This document shows positions 40,005 through 50,000 of a stretch of 64,000 bases of DNA, piece after piece. The translations under genes and the position numbers were made by a program. The notes beneath the pieces were generated by a model, which was not told the origin of the DNA, made no database searches, and worked only from the letters and a program-made list of their open reading frames with translations. Each line of letters begins with the position of its first letter. Positions within the stretch are counted from its first letter, which is position 1. This DNA is from Thermoproteota archaeon. GTDB taxonomy: Archaea; Korarchaeota; Korarchaeia; Korarchaeales; Korarchaeaceae. The DNA is taken from positions 128,001 through 192,000 of the forward strand of contig JALSOH010000006.1 in the NCBI GenBank assembly GCA_026986575.1, given 5' to 3'.

Positions 40005-40680
40005 CTTTTATCATCTCCCAGCTTGGAGCACTCATCTCCCTTAAAAAAGGCTCGGAGCCATAGGGAAAATAAGCCTAATGTCGCAAAGGTGCTCGATTCA
40101 AGGTAGGCTTGAGGACCCTGCTCCACCTTTGGACCTCTCTAGCCAAGAGATCAAGGACCTGATCCTCTCCTTCGGTGGCCCACCTCTGACCTTAGGGAAC
40201 ATGAACAGGTAACATCCTTTCTCAGTGCAGACTCGATATGGAAGGGAACTTTCTCAGCAAGGAGGAGCCCTCCAAAATCCCCCATCTGTCAATACTGTCT
40301 TTCTCTAGCCGAAAGCCTTTCCTGCCAATGAGCCGGTTCAGAGCGTCTATCTCAAAAACAGGGGCATTTGCGTCGATGAGTAACTTTCCTCCGCTATCTA
40401 TACGCCACCCAGGCGCTTTTACGAGCACGCGACCCAGATCTATGTGCATACGAAGAATTACCATAAAGCCCATATTTATTCATAACTTCCCCATCCTAGG
40501 GAGAATTGTCAACAATTTGTCGGTCTTACACGGAAATCTCTATCCGTTAAGCATGGGTCAGATCCATTGAGGGTTCCATGATTTCTTCACTACAGTGAAG
40601 CCCCCCTTTCATCTCTCTGTTCTCCCCTTCGCACGCTATAGTGGGATACTGGATGGAATTAGACCTCTCTCAGCGACATA

Positions 40681-40700
40681 ACCGATAACCGCATATCGGT
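40681..40700. promoter_or_regulatory. Inverted repeat upstream of EF-2
   Basis: ACCGATA-N6-TATCGGT, about 40 bp before TTTTTAA at ~40740. Confidence 0.4.
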
Positions 40701-40785
40701 ATCACTGCCGATTGGGAAACTCGCATCCAATCCTCAACCTTTTTAACTCCGATTGTGAGGGACCCATGACGGTAGGTGATAGGAT

Positions 40786-43005
40786 TTGCAGAAGTATAAG
40801 AAGGTTATAGAGCACCTACAGGGCCTTATGAAGGATCCCCGGAACATAAAGAACATAGGCATCATAGCTCACGTCGATCACGGCAAGACCACGCTCTCCG
40901 ACAATCTACTCTCGGCTGCTGGAATGATCAGCGACAAGATGGCAGGGGAGATGCGAGCGCTTGACTATCACGAGATAGAGCAGGCCAGGGGTATAACGAT
41001 AAAGGCAGCCAACATCTCCCTATACTATCAGAAGGACGGCAGGGAGTACGCGATAAACTTGGTGGACACGCCGGGCCACATAGACTTTACTGGCCATGTG
41101 ACGCGATCCCTTAGGGTCATAGACGGTGCCATAGTCGTGGTCGATGCTGTGGAGGAAGTAATGGTCCAGACGGAGACGGTGACGAGGCAGGCGTTGGAGG
41201 AGAGAGTGAGGCCGCTCCTCTTCATCAATAAGGTGGATAGGCTCATAAAGGAACTCAAGCTCACTCCTCAGGAGGTCCAGCAGAAGATTCTCAGGATAAT
41301 AAGGGAGTTCAATAACCTGATCGAGGCATACGCTGAGCCTGAGTTCAGAGACAAGTGGAAGGTCAGGTGGGACAACGACAGCGTGGCCTTTGGTTCCGCC
41401 CTCCACGGCTGGGGTCTCACCAACTCGATAGCCGCCAAGAAGGGGATCAAGTTCTCCGACATAATAGACTCATACGCTGAGGATCCGGACGGGGTCATCC
41501 TGAGAAAGGAACTACCGGTCCACGAGGCCCTCCTAGACATGGTCACCCTTCACGTTCCAAGTCCCGTCGAGGCCCAGCCCTACAGGATAGACAGGCTGTG
41601 GAAGGATCAGCACGATGAGGAGATAGTCAGGGCCCTGAAGGCGTGCGACCCTAACGGCCCTCTCATCGTTGGAGTCAATGCCGTCAGGGTGGATCCCCAC
41701 GCTGGCGTAGTAGTTACCGGAAGAGTCTTCAGCGGTACTCTCAGGGAGGGCGAGGAGGTATACCTACTCAACGCGAAGAAGAAGCAGAAGATCCAGCAAA
41801 CCAGCATCTACATGGGTCCATACAGGCTCAGAATGGAGGAAATTCCGGCCGGTAACATAGCGGCCGTCTTGGGACTCACCTCAGCTAGCTCGGGAGAGAC
41901 TGTAATAGCTCCTGATATAAAGGAGAGGGTACAGCAAGGGTTCGAGGCCATAAGGTACGTGACCGAACCCGTGGTTACTGTGGCAGTTGAAGCTAAGAAC
42001 CCTCAAGACCTACCTAAGCTCATAGATACACTGAGGAAGCTCACACTCCAAGATCCGAACTTGGTGATGATTCACAATCAGGAGACTGGGGAAATCCTCC
42101 TCAAAGGAACAGGGGAGCTTCACCTCGAGATATCCCTCTATGAGGTGAAGAAGGCTGGGCTGGAGTTCGAGGTCAGCGAGCCCACCGTGGTCTACAGGGA
42201 GAGCGTCAAGGGACAGAGCGACGTCGTGCTAGCCAAGTCGCCCAACAAGCTGAACAGGCTCTGGGTCACCGCCTCACCCCTCGATGAGAAGGTGATCAAC
42301 CTCATCCGCGAGAGGAAGGTCAACGAGAGAATGGACAGCAGGAGCGTGGCCAAGATACTCAGGGAGGAGGGGGGAATGGAAACCGACGATGCTAGGAATG
42401 TCTGGAAGATAGACGAGGAGAACTACAACCTATTCATAAACAGAACGGTCGGAGTGCAAAGGTTGGACGAGGTCAGGGAGATCTTGAAGCAGGGCTTCAT
42501 GTGGGTCATGAGGGAAGGACCTCTAGCTGGAGAGCCTGTAATGGGCGTGGTCATAAGGCTGGTCAACGCCATGATACACGAAGACCCAGCCCACAGGGGT
42601 CCGGCGCAGCTCACCCCCGCCATAAGGAGGGCTATATTCGGTGCCATGCTGAGCGCCGATCCAGTACTGCTCGAACCGATCTACGAGATACAGGTCTCCA
42701 CGCCGCCCGAACTGATAGGGTCCGTGATATCCCTCATATCCCAAAAGAGGGGCAAGGTAATAGGAGTGGAGGAAAGAGGTAGGGTAAGCGTTGTGAAAGG
42801 CTACATACCGGTCAGGGAGACTCTCGGAGGCTTCAGCAACGAGATGAGGAGCGTCACCAGCGGTAGGGCCTTCTGGCAGACCAAGTTCTCTCACTGGGAG
42901 CCCTTACCCAAGAGTCTGATGGAGCAGGTCATCTTGGAGATAAGGAGAAGGAAGGGCATGAAGGAGGAGATACCCAAAGCGGAGGAGTACATGGATACCC
43001 TCTGA
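40786..43005 (+). CDS. fusA: Translation elongation factor aEF-2
   Basis: AHVDHGKTT, RGITI, DTPGH, NKVD, GELHLE, diphthamide loop HEDPAHRGPAQ. Confidence 0.98.
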   Translation: MQKYKKVIEHLQGLMKDPRNIKNIGIIAHVDHGKTTLSDNLLSAAGMISDKMAGEMRALDYHEIEQARGITIKAANISLYYQKDGREYAINLVDTPGHIDFTGHVTRSLRVIDGAIVVVDAVEEVMVQTETVTRQALEERVRPLLFINKVDRLIKELKLTPQEVQQKILRIIREFNNLIEAYAEPEFRDKWKVRWDNDSVAFGSALHGWGLTNSIAAKKGIKFSDIIDSYAEDPDGVILRKELPVHEALLDMVTLHVPSPVEAQPYRIDRLWKDQHDEEIVRALKACDPNGPLIVGVNAVRVDPHAGVVVTGRVFSGTLREGEEVYLLNAKKKQKIQQTSIYMGPYRLRMEEIPAGNIAAVLGLTSASSGETVIAPDIKERVQQGFEAIRYVTEPVVTVAVEAKNPQDLPKLIDTLRKLTLQDPNLVMIHNQETGEILLKGTGELHLEISLYEVKKAGLEFEVSEPTVVYRESVKGQSDVVLAKSPNKLNRLWVTASPLDEKVINLIRERKVNERMDSRSVAKILREEGGMETDDARNVWKIDEENYNLFINRTVGVQRLDEVREILKQGFMWVMREGPLAGEPVMGVVIRLVNAMIHEDPAHRGPAQLTPAIRRAIFGAMLSADPVLLEPIYEIQVSTPPELIGSVISLISQKRGKVIGVEERGRVSVVKGYIPVRETLGGFSNEMRSVTSGRAFWQTKFSHWEPLPKSLMEQVILEIRRRKGMKEEIPKAEEYMDTL

Positions 43006-43071
43006 GCCTCCTTCACTTTATCTCTTGAGATATCTCTTGAGAGCTACATCCCATTACTTCTTCTTTCCTTT

Positions 43072-43644
43072 TTATGAGTCATGAAGCTTACTGACCCTTC
43101 TTAGGAAAATAAACGCCCTCTCCAAAGCGGTCAGATAGTTGAGTATGGCTATGGCGAGCAATCCCACCCTGACTTGGTTCAGAGCGCAGAAGAGTGCGGC
43201 CAAAAGCACCCTCTCAGCTCTCCCGGTCAGGCTGTACTGTGTTCCGGTAACCCTCAAAGACTCCGCCTTAGCCCTTATGTAGCTCACTAACATGGAGGAA
43301 TGGATAGCCAGTGCCGCCAAGAGGAGATCCCCCGAGTAGATCCCCATGCCTAGGAGGAGTATGCCGTCCTCAACCCTATCGACCACCGAGTCTAGAAAAG
43401 ACCCTAGCACGCCCACCTGACCCATTCTTCTAGCTACCGCTCCATCTAATGCATCGGAGAAACCGGCTAGGATGATTAGTACGGCCGCTCCTACGTAATT
43501 CCCCACGTACAGGTAGAAGAAGGACGCGATAGTTAGGAAGAGCCCGAAAAAAGTTACTGAGTTGGCTGTAAATCCCATAGAAACCAACCAACCGGCAATT
43601 CTGTCCATGAATCCGGAGACACGGTCCCTGAGCATCTCTAGCAT
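43072..43644 (-). CDS. pgsA: CDP-alcohol phosphatidyltransferase (archaetidylinositol phosphate synthase-like)
   Basis: DALDGAVAR..G..LDSVVDR, SYIRAKAE, RAER. Confidence 0.88.
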   Translation of the reverse strand: MLEMLRDRVSGFMDRIAGWLVSMGFTANSVTFFGLFLTIASFFYLYVGNYVGAAVLIILAGFSDALDGAVARRMGQVGVLGSFLDSVVDRVEDGILLLGMGIYSGDLLLAALAIHSSMLVSYIRAKAESLRVTGTQYSLTGRAERVLLAALFCALNQVRVGLLAIAILNYLTALERAFIFLRRVSKLHDS

Positions 43645-43710
43645 TTTATGGCACCTTTTTTCAACATCGGACTGGCGATCCTTTTTTATCTTTATCTGAG
43701 GAAATTCGAG

Positions 43711-44424
43711 ATGCCAGATCTCGTGGTCATACTGGTGGAGCCGGAGAAGGCAGATAATGTGGGGATGATAGCTAGGGCGATGAAGAACTTCGGCTTCAAG
43801 AGGCTAAGGATAGTGAGACCCATGTTCGAGTCCTTCGACAGGGCTTTAGCTGCAGCGATGCACGCAAAGGACGTGGTCAACGAGGCAGAAATACTCACAA
43901 CGTTAGAGGAAGCCAGAGAGGGAATTGACCTCCTGATCGGGACAACGGCCAGAGTGAGCAGATACTCCTTGGACAGGAGAGCCATCCCAATAAGAGACCT
44001 CCTGAGGGAGCTCACTTGGAACGCAACCTACGGCCTAGTGATGGGTAGGGAATCAGTGGGGCTCACGACCGAAGAGCTGGCCTTCTGCGACGTCGTCACC
44101 ACCATACCGTCGAGCGAGGAGTACCCGGCCCTGAACTTGGCCAATGCTACGGCCATACTCCTCTACGAATTCTTCCTGATGTTCAAGGACTCAACCCGCT
44201 TCCAAGAAAAGCCCGTTCCCCGCGAGGTGAGGGAGCTAATGGTTAACTATATAAGGGACATTGTGAATGCCATTGAGCTGGCGGACCACAAGAGGGAGAG
44301 GGTCGTCCCTCTCTTCAGGAGGATAGTGGAGAGGACCTTCCCCTGTGGTATGTCCGCCGGTGAGGCCACCTACCTAGTAGGGATTATAAAGGCCGTTAGG
44401 GACAGGTTGGTGAAGGTGAGGTAA
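43711..44424 (+). CDS. trmJ: TrmJ-family SPOUT tRNA methyltransferase
   Basis: EP...NVG.IARAMKNFG, GTTAR, GRESVGL..EEL, YPALNLA. Confidence 0.88.
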   Translation: MPDLVVILVEPEKADNVGMIARAMKNFGFKRLRIVRPMFESFDRALAAAMHAKDVVNEAEILTTLEEAREGIDLLIGTTARVSRYSLDRRAIPIRDLLRELTWNATYGLVMGRESVGLTTEELAFCDVVTTIPSSEEYPALNLANATAILLYEFFLMFKDSTRFQEKPVPREVRELMVNYIRDIVNAIELADHKRERVVPLFRRIVERTFPCGMSAGEATYLVGIIKAVRDRLVKVR

Positions 44425-44425
44425 T

Positions 44426-44947
44426 ATGTCCCTGAGACCAGCGAGGAACTATAGGGCGCTGCAGAGGCCCTACACCCGGAAGGAGTACATAAAGAGCATC
44501 CCCTACAGCAAGATCAACAAGTTCGACCACGGCAACGTGCACGGGGATTTCGACTACGAGGTGAGGCTCGTAGCGGATGCTAGCTTCCAAATCAGGAGCA
44601 ACGCTCTAGAGGCTGCGAGGATGACCATCCTAGCCCAACTCAGAAAGAGGACCCCATCGGACGAGTACTACTTCTTCAAGATAGTCCCCTACCCCCATCA
44701 CATACTCAGGAAGCACGCAATGGCCGGTGTTCACAAGGCGGAGAGGCTTCAGAAGGGTATGAGGCTGGCTTTCGGTAAGCCCGATGGCAGAGCGGCTCAG
44801 ATAAGGAAGGGCGACACCATCCTGTTCATAAGGGTAAAGGAGGAGCACTTGGACGTGGCCAAGTACTGCGTCAAGCTGGCGAAGCTCAAGATCCCTCACA
44901 TGACCAAGGTGGAAGTGGTCAAGCTAGATGGAAAGGCCGAGGGATAA
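44426..44947 (+). CDS. rpl10e: 50S ribosomal protein uL16 (L10e)
   Basis: RPARNYR, QIRSNALEAAR, YPHHILR, GMRLAFGKP. Confidence 0.96.
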   Translation: MSLRPARNYRALQRPYTRKEYIKSIPYSKINKFDHGNVHGDFDYEVRLVADASFQIRSNALEAARMTILAQLRKRTPSDEYYFFKIVPYPHHILRKHAMAGVHKAERLQKGMRLAFGKPDGRAAQIRKGDTILFIRVKEEHLDVAKYCVKLAKLKIPHMTKVEVVKLDGKAEG

Positions 44948-45548
44948 GAAGGAGCTGGAGATATTTCTTCAGAGGCTCAAAGACCTGAAAAACCCCAAGC
45001 CGGAGCTGGAGCAACACTCCACCCCTCCAGACCTCGCTTCCTCTTTAATCCATTTGGTATACCTCATGGGCGATCTGGAGGGATCGAGGGTCGCAGATCT
45101 CGGGTGCGGTAACGGCATATTGGCGATAGGCTCGGTCCTGTATGGGGCATCATACGCCATAGGCGTGGACATAGACCCAGAGGCGGTGGAGGTAGCCAAG
45201 GAGAATGCCGAAGCAGTAGAGGTTTCGGATAGAACTGAGTTCGTGGCGATGAATGTCTCAAACTTCGAGGAGAAAGTGGATGTGGTTATACAGAATCCCC
45301 CTTTTGGAGTAGTGCGCAGGCACGCGGACCTTAAGTTTTTGGATAAGGCACTTCAGATCTCTAGGGTGGTTTACTCCATACACATGGCTGGGAACTCTAG
45401 GTTCCTAGCCGAGTATGCCTCTAAGAGGGGAGCTAGGCTGACTCACGTCGAGAGATGGCCCTTCCCCCTCAGGAGGATCTTCTACTACCACAGGAGGAGG
45501 GTTGTCAGCATACCCGTGGAGATGTTGAGGTTCGAGGTGATATCGTGA
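44928..45548 (+). CDS. METTL5-like SAM-dependent methyltransferase
   Basis: LEQH.TP, DLGCGNG, NPPFG, YSIH. Confidence 0.88.
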   Translation: MERPRDKKELEIFLQRLKDLKNPKPELEQHSTPPDLASSLIHLVYLMGDLEGSRVADLGCGNGILAIGSVLYGASYAIGVDIDPEAVEVAKENAEAVEVSDRTEFVAMNVSNFEEKVDVVIQNPPFGVVRRHADLKFLDKALQISRVVYSIHMAGNSRFLAEYASKRGARLTHVERWPFPLRRIFYYHRRRVVSIPVEMLRFEVIS

Positions 45549-46123
45549 GGGAAAGGAGGATCGTGGTTCCCGGAGAGAGGCTGGGAGTTGTTGAGGAGTT
45601 CATACCCGGAGAGGGGGTCAGGGAGGAGAGAGGTACCCTCTACTCCATTTACTTGGGTTCCTTACAAGAGAAGGACATCAATGTGTCCGTAAGACCCTTT
45701 AAGAAACCTATACTTCCCCTCAGACCTGGGGAGATAGCCTTAGGAGAGATAAGGAGTGCTGACAGGAGCGTCTACCATGTCCACCTCACAGCCCTCGTGA
45801 AACCGAGGAGAGCTCTGCTCTCCCCTCCCGTTCAGGCGGTGATGTCCAAAAGACCCCCTAACGTGGGAGCTAGGCCAAGCGATATCGTTCTCGTGAGGAT
45901 AAACTCCATCGACAACGGTACAGTGACGGTTACGATGGGAGGGCCGCCCGACTTGGGCGTCATACTGAGCTTCTGTCCCACTTGCGGTGCGCCCCTGAGG
46001 AAGGGTGTGGGGTACACCTTGGTGTGCGAGAGATGTGGTAAGGTATATTTAGACAAGAAGATCAGTAGCAGATACGGGTGGAATCCCTTCAAGGAAGGGC
46101 TGATAAGGTATGTCAAGAGGTAG
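45545..46123 (+). CDS. csl4: Exosome RNA-binding subunit Csl4
   Basis: VVPGERLG..EEFIPGEG, S1 domain, LGV...CPTCG..CERCG..KKIS; neighbours rpoL. Confidence 0.88.
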   Translation: MRERRIVVPGERLGVVEEFIPGEGVREERGTLYSIYLGSLQEKDINVSVRPFKKPILPLRPGEIALGEIRSADRSVYHVHLTALVKPRRALLSPPVQAVMSKRPPNVGARPSDIVLVRINSIDNGTVTVTMGGPPDLGVILSFCPTCGAPLRKGVGYTLVCERCGKVYLDKKISSRYGWNPFKEGLIRYVKR

Positions 46124-46757
46124 CCTCCTAGACAAGAGGAGTTTCGTGCTCTCGCTCTCTCATGATGAGCTGGAAGACTTCCTTGAGTATCTGGAGAGGA
46201 GGATGGAAGGCAGGGATTACTCCTACAAGTATGTGACTGGCTCAGGCCTGAAGATAACCCTCTTCGGCACCAGGGAGGAGAATAAGGCAGCGGAGAGTGT
46301 GGTGAGAAGATCTTACAGGAACTTCAAGATAGTGAGGAATCCCGTCGGGGGGCTCTACAGGTACCCGTCGGAGTGGTTGATGGAGCATGGTGGAGGTGTC
46401 TCCATGAGCCTCCTGACCCTCTCGCTGAAGGGAGCTGGCCTCACGGCTAACTGGAAGAAGGACCTCCTCTACACTGAGCTGGAGCCAGAAGAGATGGTGG
46501 ATCTAATGTCCGAACTCAGGACCCTAGTCAACGAGATAAAGTACGAGATAAGGCAGAGGAAGGCTAGGGAGGTGGTGGTAGCAGCTGCCGTCAATGCTGG
46601 CGTGTCCCCAATCGAGGTACTGGACTTAGCTGAGGAGGAGGGCCTGCTAGAGAGGGACGAGAGGGGGATGTGGTGGTTCAGGGCGGATCCCGAGCTCGTG
46701 ATGGATACCCTGATAAGGAAGCTATCGGAGACGGAGGTAGATGAGGATGGATATTGA
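46110..46757 (+). CDS. Conserved archaeal protein (DUF2067-like)
   Basis: Position between csl4 and rpoL, typical length. Confidence 0.6.
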   Translation: MSRGSLLDKRSFVLSLSHDELEDFLEYLERRMEGRDYSYKYVTGSGLKITLFGTREENKAAESVVRRSYRNFKIVRNPVGGLYRYPSEWLMEHGGGVSMSLLTLSLKGAGLTANWKKDLLYTELEPEEMVDLMSELRTLVNEIKYEIRQRKAREVVVAAAVNAGVSPIEVLDLAEEEGLLERDERGMWWFRADPELVMDTLIRKLSETEVDEDGY

Positions 46758-47043
46758 GGTAAAGGAGATCGGACCTAGTGAGATAAAGGTCGTGATCAAG
46801 GGTGAGACGTACACCCTTCTGACCCCTATAGTTGAGGAGCTTAACACTCGCGATGATGTGGAGTTCGCTGGTTACGATGTCCCCCACCCCCTTAAGGAGG
46901 AGGGGATAATCTTCCTGAGGGTCAGGGATGGCCTTGATCCGAGGAAGATCCTGAGGGAGACCGTAGAGAAGCTCATAAAAGAGTATGAGGGTTTAGAGAA
47001 AAGCTTCAGGGAGGAATTGGAGAGGCTAGCTACCGGAACATGA
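46741..47043 (+). CDS. rpoL: RNA polymerase subunit L (Rpo11)
   Basis: GETYTL, VEFAGY..PHPL. Confidence 0.9.
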   Translation: MRMDIEVKEIGPSEIKVVIKGETYTLLTPIVEELNTRDDVEFAGYDVPHPLKEEGIIFLRVRDGLDPRKILRETVEKLIKEYEGLEKSFREELERLATGT

Positions 47044-48250
47044 GCCTCGGTATATCCATGTAAGCCCTCACAACCTTTTTCAGAGGGTCCAAGTCTAGGT
47101 ACTCGTCCTGCACGTGCGCCCTCGCTCCCGGACCCAGTATTATAGATGGAATGCCCGCAAAGGACCAGAGTATCTCGGCATCAGTGTACCCTGTCCCGTA
47201 GGAAAGCTCTACCTTACCTTCCAGATCTTTCACGACCTTCTTCGCAGCGTTCAGCAGTCTGGTAGCCTCTTCGGTATCGGGCAGCATGTAAGGTGGCCTG
47301 TTCATGCCAATCTCCTCGACATCAGCTCCGATGTCCCTGCCCAGCTCCCCTAGCCTCGGTGCCAGCTCCTGCCTCAGCCCCTCGATCACGTGCTCCACCA
47401 AGCTGGAGTAGCGCCTCCTCAACTCTTCTATGTCCTCCCCGTAAACTATCCTCCTGTCCACCAAGAATTCGGCCTCACTAGGTATCTGATTTATAGCTCC
47501 ACCCGCCCTGAAGACGTTTATCGAGAGGGGCGGCCTTATTTCACTATCTAACGTCACCTTGGGTATCTTAATCGGATTAGTGTAGTCGTAGCTCTCCTTG
47601 AAGGCCCTCACCACCTCCATGGCCAGATATATGGCATTCACCGCGTAGTCAGGCCTCGATCCGTGACCTGCTACTCCCCGGACCTTGATCTTCATCCTCA
47701 GCTTACCGTTGTGGCCTATCCTGATGATTAGCTTCCCATCCTTATCGACGGAACCCTCTCCCACTATACCCACAGCCTTCTTTCCCTGCAGGAACGTCTT
47801 AGCGAGGTGGAGAGCTCCTCTCATGTTCTCCAGGGTGTCATCGCCGCCTTCCTCTCTTACTACGGCGGTGTACATCAGAGGGAGGTGGGTGCAGTTGGCC
47901 AGCTCCGCGTAAGCGACGGCCATGGCAGCTAATCCGCCCTTCATGTCCGAGCTGCCGAGGCCGTAGAGCTTGTCTCCCTCGATGACGGGGTCAAAGGGAT
48001 CTTTGGTCCATCCCGGCTGAGGGGGGACGGTGTCCATGTGCCCGTTGTAGAGGAGGTACAGGGGACCCTCACCGCTCATCGATATGACGTTCCCGACCTC
48101 ATCCCTCCGTACCATCAGTCCCTTGTCTGCCAACCAGTCAGCGAGGAATTTGGAGATTTCTTCCTCGCTTCCTATCACACTAGGGATACTGACTAACCTC
48201 CTAGTCAGCTCAACAGCCTCTCTGTAAAGTTCCTCATAATCCCTGCACAT
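47030..48250 (-). CDS. M20 metallopeptidase (ArgE/DapE family)
   Basis: NGHMDTV, GSSDMKGG, REE, GE, GHGS.P...NAI, AHVQDE. Confidence 0.9.
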   Translation of the reverse strand: MCRDYEELYREAVELTRRLVSIPSVIGSEEEISKFLADWLADKGLMVRRDEVGNVISMSGEGPLYLLYNGHMDTVPPQPGWTKDPFDPVIEGDKLYGLGSSDMKGGLAAMAVAYAELANCTHLPLMYTAVVREEGGDDTLENMRGALHLAKTFLQGKKAVGIVGEGSVDKDGKLIIRIGHNGKLRMKIKVRGVAGHGSRPDYAVNAIYLAMEVVRAFKESYDYTNPIKIPKVTLDSEIRPPLSINVFRAGGAINQIPSEAEFLVDRRIVYGEDIEELRRRYSSLVEHVIEGLRQELAPRLGELGRDIGADVEEIGMNRPPYMLPDTEEATRLLNAAKKVVKDLEGKVELSYGTGYTDAEILWSFAGIPSIILGPGARAHVQDEYLDLDPLKKVVRAYMDIPRLMFR

Positions 48251-48355
48251 GGTATCACTCGGGAGTCTTGAGGTCGAATAACTTAACCGCGCCGGGTGGG
48301 ATCTCCCACTCATGCGAGCCGCAAACTTATTGAATTTTCATGTACTGAATACACG

Positions 48356-48596
48356 ATGTCAAAGGCCATAACCATATCAGATGATGTATACAAGGAACTG
48401 CTCAGGATAAAGGAGAAGAGATCATTCTCGGAGGTCATAGGTGGGCCTCCTAAAAGAAAGGAGAGGTAACTCCCATGTATTGCTCATGCTATTCAGCACG
48501 ATGAGTAAAGAGAGGTATGAGGAAATGAAGAGAGCTGTGGGAGAGTTAGAGGAGGAGTTCGAGAGATGGGGGCGGTCCTTGACACGAACATCGTGA
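48356..48596 (+). pseudogene. vapB: VapB-type antitoxin, frameshifted
   Basis: MSKAITISDDVYKELLRIK..SFSEVI; continuation LLKERRGN..EEEFERW lies in another frame from ~48443. Confidence 0.75.
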
Positions 48597-48945
48597 TGGA
48601 AATAGCAGCGGGAAATAAGGAGGTCCTAGATAAGATTCTATCCCTAGATGATGAGTTCTATCTGACTACCATCAGCAGATTCGAGTTGTTTTCCGGAAAT
48701 CTGACCGATAGGGAGAAGTTCTGGATAGATCAGCTGGTAAATCCCTCTCGACGATGATTCCTCCGAGCTGGCAGCAATGTTATTCAAGTCCCTAAAAGAA
48801 GGAGGAAAGGACTGTATCGCTGAGGGACCTCTTCATAGGAGCCATATGTGTGTCCAACGGACTTTCTCTGATAACTTTGGATACAGACTTCCTAGTCCTT
48901 CAGGATCACGGCCTTGAACTCCACCTGCCCGGGGATCGGCGGTAG
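48566..48945 (+). pseudogene. vapC: VapC PIN-domain toxin with two frameshifts
   Basis: VLDTN..SRFEL; LDDDSSELAA in a second frame; LRDLFIGAIC..LITLDTDF after a further shift. Confidence 0.8.
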
Positions 48946-49928
48946 AGGTGGCAGGCCACGAACCTGCCCTCCTCCACCTCCACAAGCTTAGGCTCATCCT
49001 TATTGCACGGCTCAAAAGCCTCTACGCATCTTGGATGGAATATGCATCCGTTCGGCAAGTCTATGGGGCTTGGAACGTCTCCCTTTATCGGGACCTTCTT
49101 CAACTTCCTCCTGTAATCCACTTGACCCTTGGGAACAGCTTCGACGAGTGCCTTAGTGTATGGATGCTTGGGATCGAGTATCACGCTATCTGCAGGTCCT
49201 AGCTCCACTATTTTCCCCAAGTACATGATGGCCAGCCTGTCGCACATGTGATAGGCCACCGACAGGTCGTGGGTTATGAAGAGGTAGGTAAGACCGTACT
49301 TCTCCTTGAGATCGAGCATTAGCTTAAGTATGCCTGCCCTTATAGACACATCAAGCATGCTGACTGGCTCGTCGGCTACCACGAACTTGGGGTTCAGTAT
49401 CAGCGCCCGAGCAATGGCCACCCTCTGCCTCTGCCCCCCAGACAGCTGGTGGGGGTACCTTATCATGAAGTCCTCGGGAGGCTCCAGTCCCACATCCTTC
49501 AAGGCTTGATAAACCATATCGAACCTCTCCTCCTCGCTTCGAACTCCATGTATGCGGAGAGGTTCCTCCACTAGATCGTAGATTGTCATTCTAGGGTTCA
49601 GGGACTCGTAGGGATCTTGGAATATTATCTGCATCCTCCTCCTGTATTCCTTGAACTCTCCTTTGGGTATTTCGTAGATATTCCTACCTTCAAAGAGGAC
49701 CTGTCCCCCAGTCGGCTCCAGCAACCTGACCAGAAGCCTGCCGGTGGTGCTCTTTCCGCATCCCGACTCTCCTGCTAAGCAAAAGACCTCATTCTCCTCA
49801 ATTGTGAAATTGAGGTCGTTAACTGCCTTCACGAACTTCTGCTCTCTACCCTTCAGGATGTCAGACCAGCTCCTCCTCACGGGGAAGTACTTCTTGAGAC
49901 CCCTGACCTCTATCAGCATGGCTCTCAC
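48906..49928 (-). CDS. oppF: Oligopeptide ABC transporter ATPase
   Basis: GESGCGKST, QIIFQDP, LSGGQRQR, DEPVS, HPYT, VACHL. Confidence 0.92.
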   Translation of the reverse strand: MRAMLIEVRGLKKYFPVRRSWSDILKGREQKFVKAVNDLNFTIEENEVFCLAGESGCGKSTTGRLLVRLLEPTGGQVLFEGRNIYEIPKGEFKEYRRRMQIIFQDPYESLNPRMTIYDLVEEPLRIHGVRSEEERFDMVYQALKDVGLEPPEDFMIRYPHQLSGGQRQRVAIARALILNPKFVVADEPVSMLDVSIRAGILKLMLDLKEKYGLTYLFITHDLSVAYHMCDRLAIMYLGKIVELGPADSVILDPKHPYTKALVEAVPKGQVDYRRKLKKVPIKGDVPSPIDLPNGCIFHPRCVEAFEPCNKDEPKLVEVEEGRFVACHLYRRSPGRWSSRP

Positions 49929-50000
49929 CTAAGATGTCTTACCTGCAATCAGGTGACAGGCCACGAACCTGCCCTCCTCCACCTCCACAAGCTTAGGCTC
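48952..50000. repeat. Identical 44-bp direct repeat in the 3' ends of oppF and oppD
   Basis: CAGGCCACGAACCTGCCCTCCTCCACCTCCACAAGCTTAGGCTC at 48952-48995 and 49957-50000. Confidence 0.9.

Noticed and set aside
40005-40785. Origin next to a Cdc6-like ATPase
   Set aside because: No ORB consensus or unwinding element; ATPase not clearly Cdc6
43020-43045. Tandem ATCTCTTGAGA duplication
   Set aside because: Only two short copies in a convergent terminator region; not CRISPR-like
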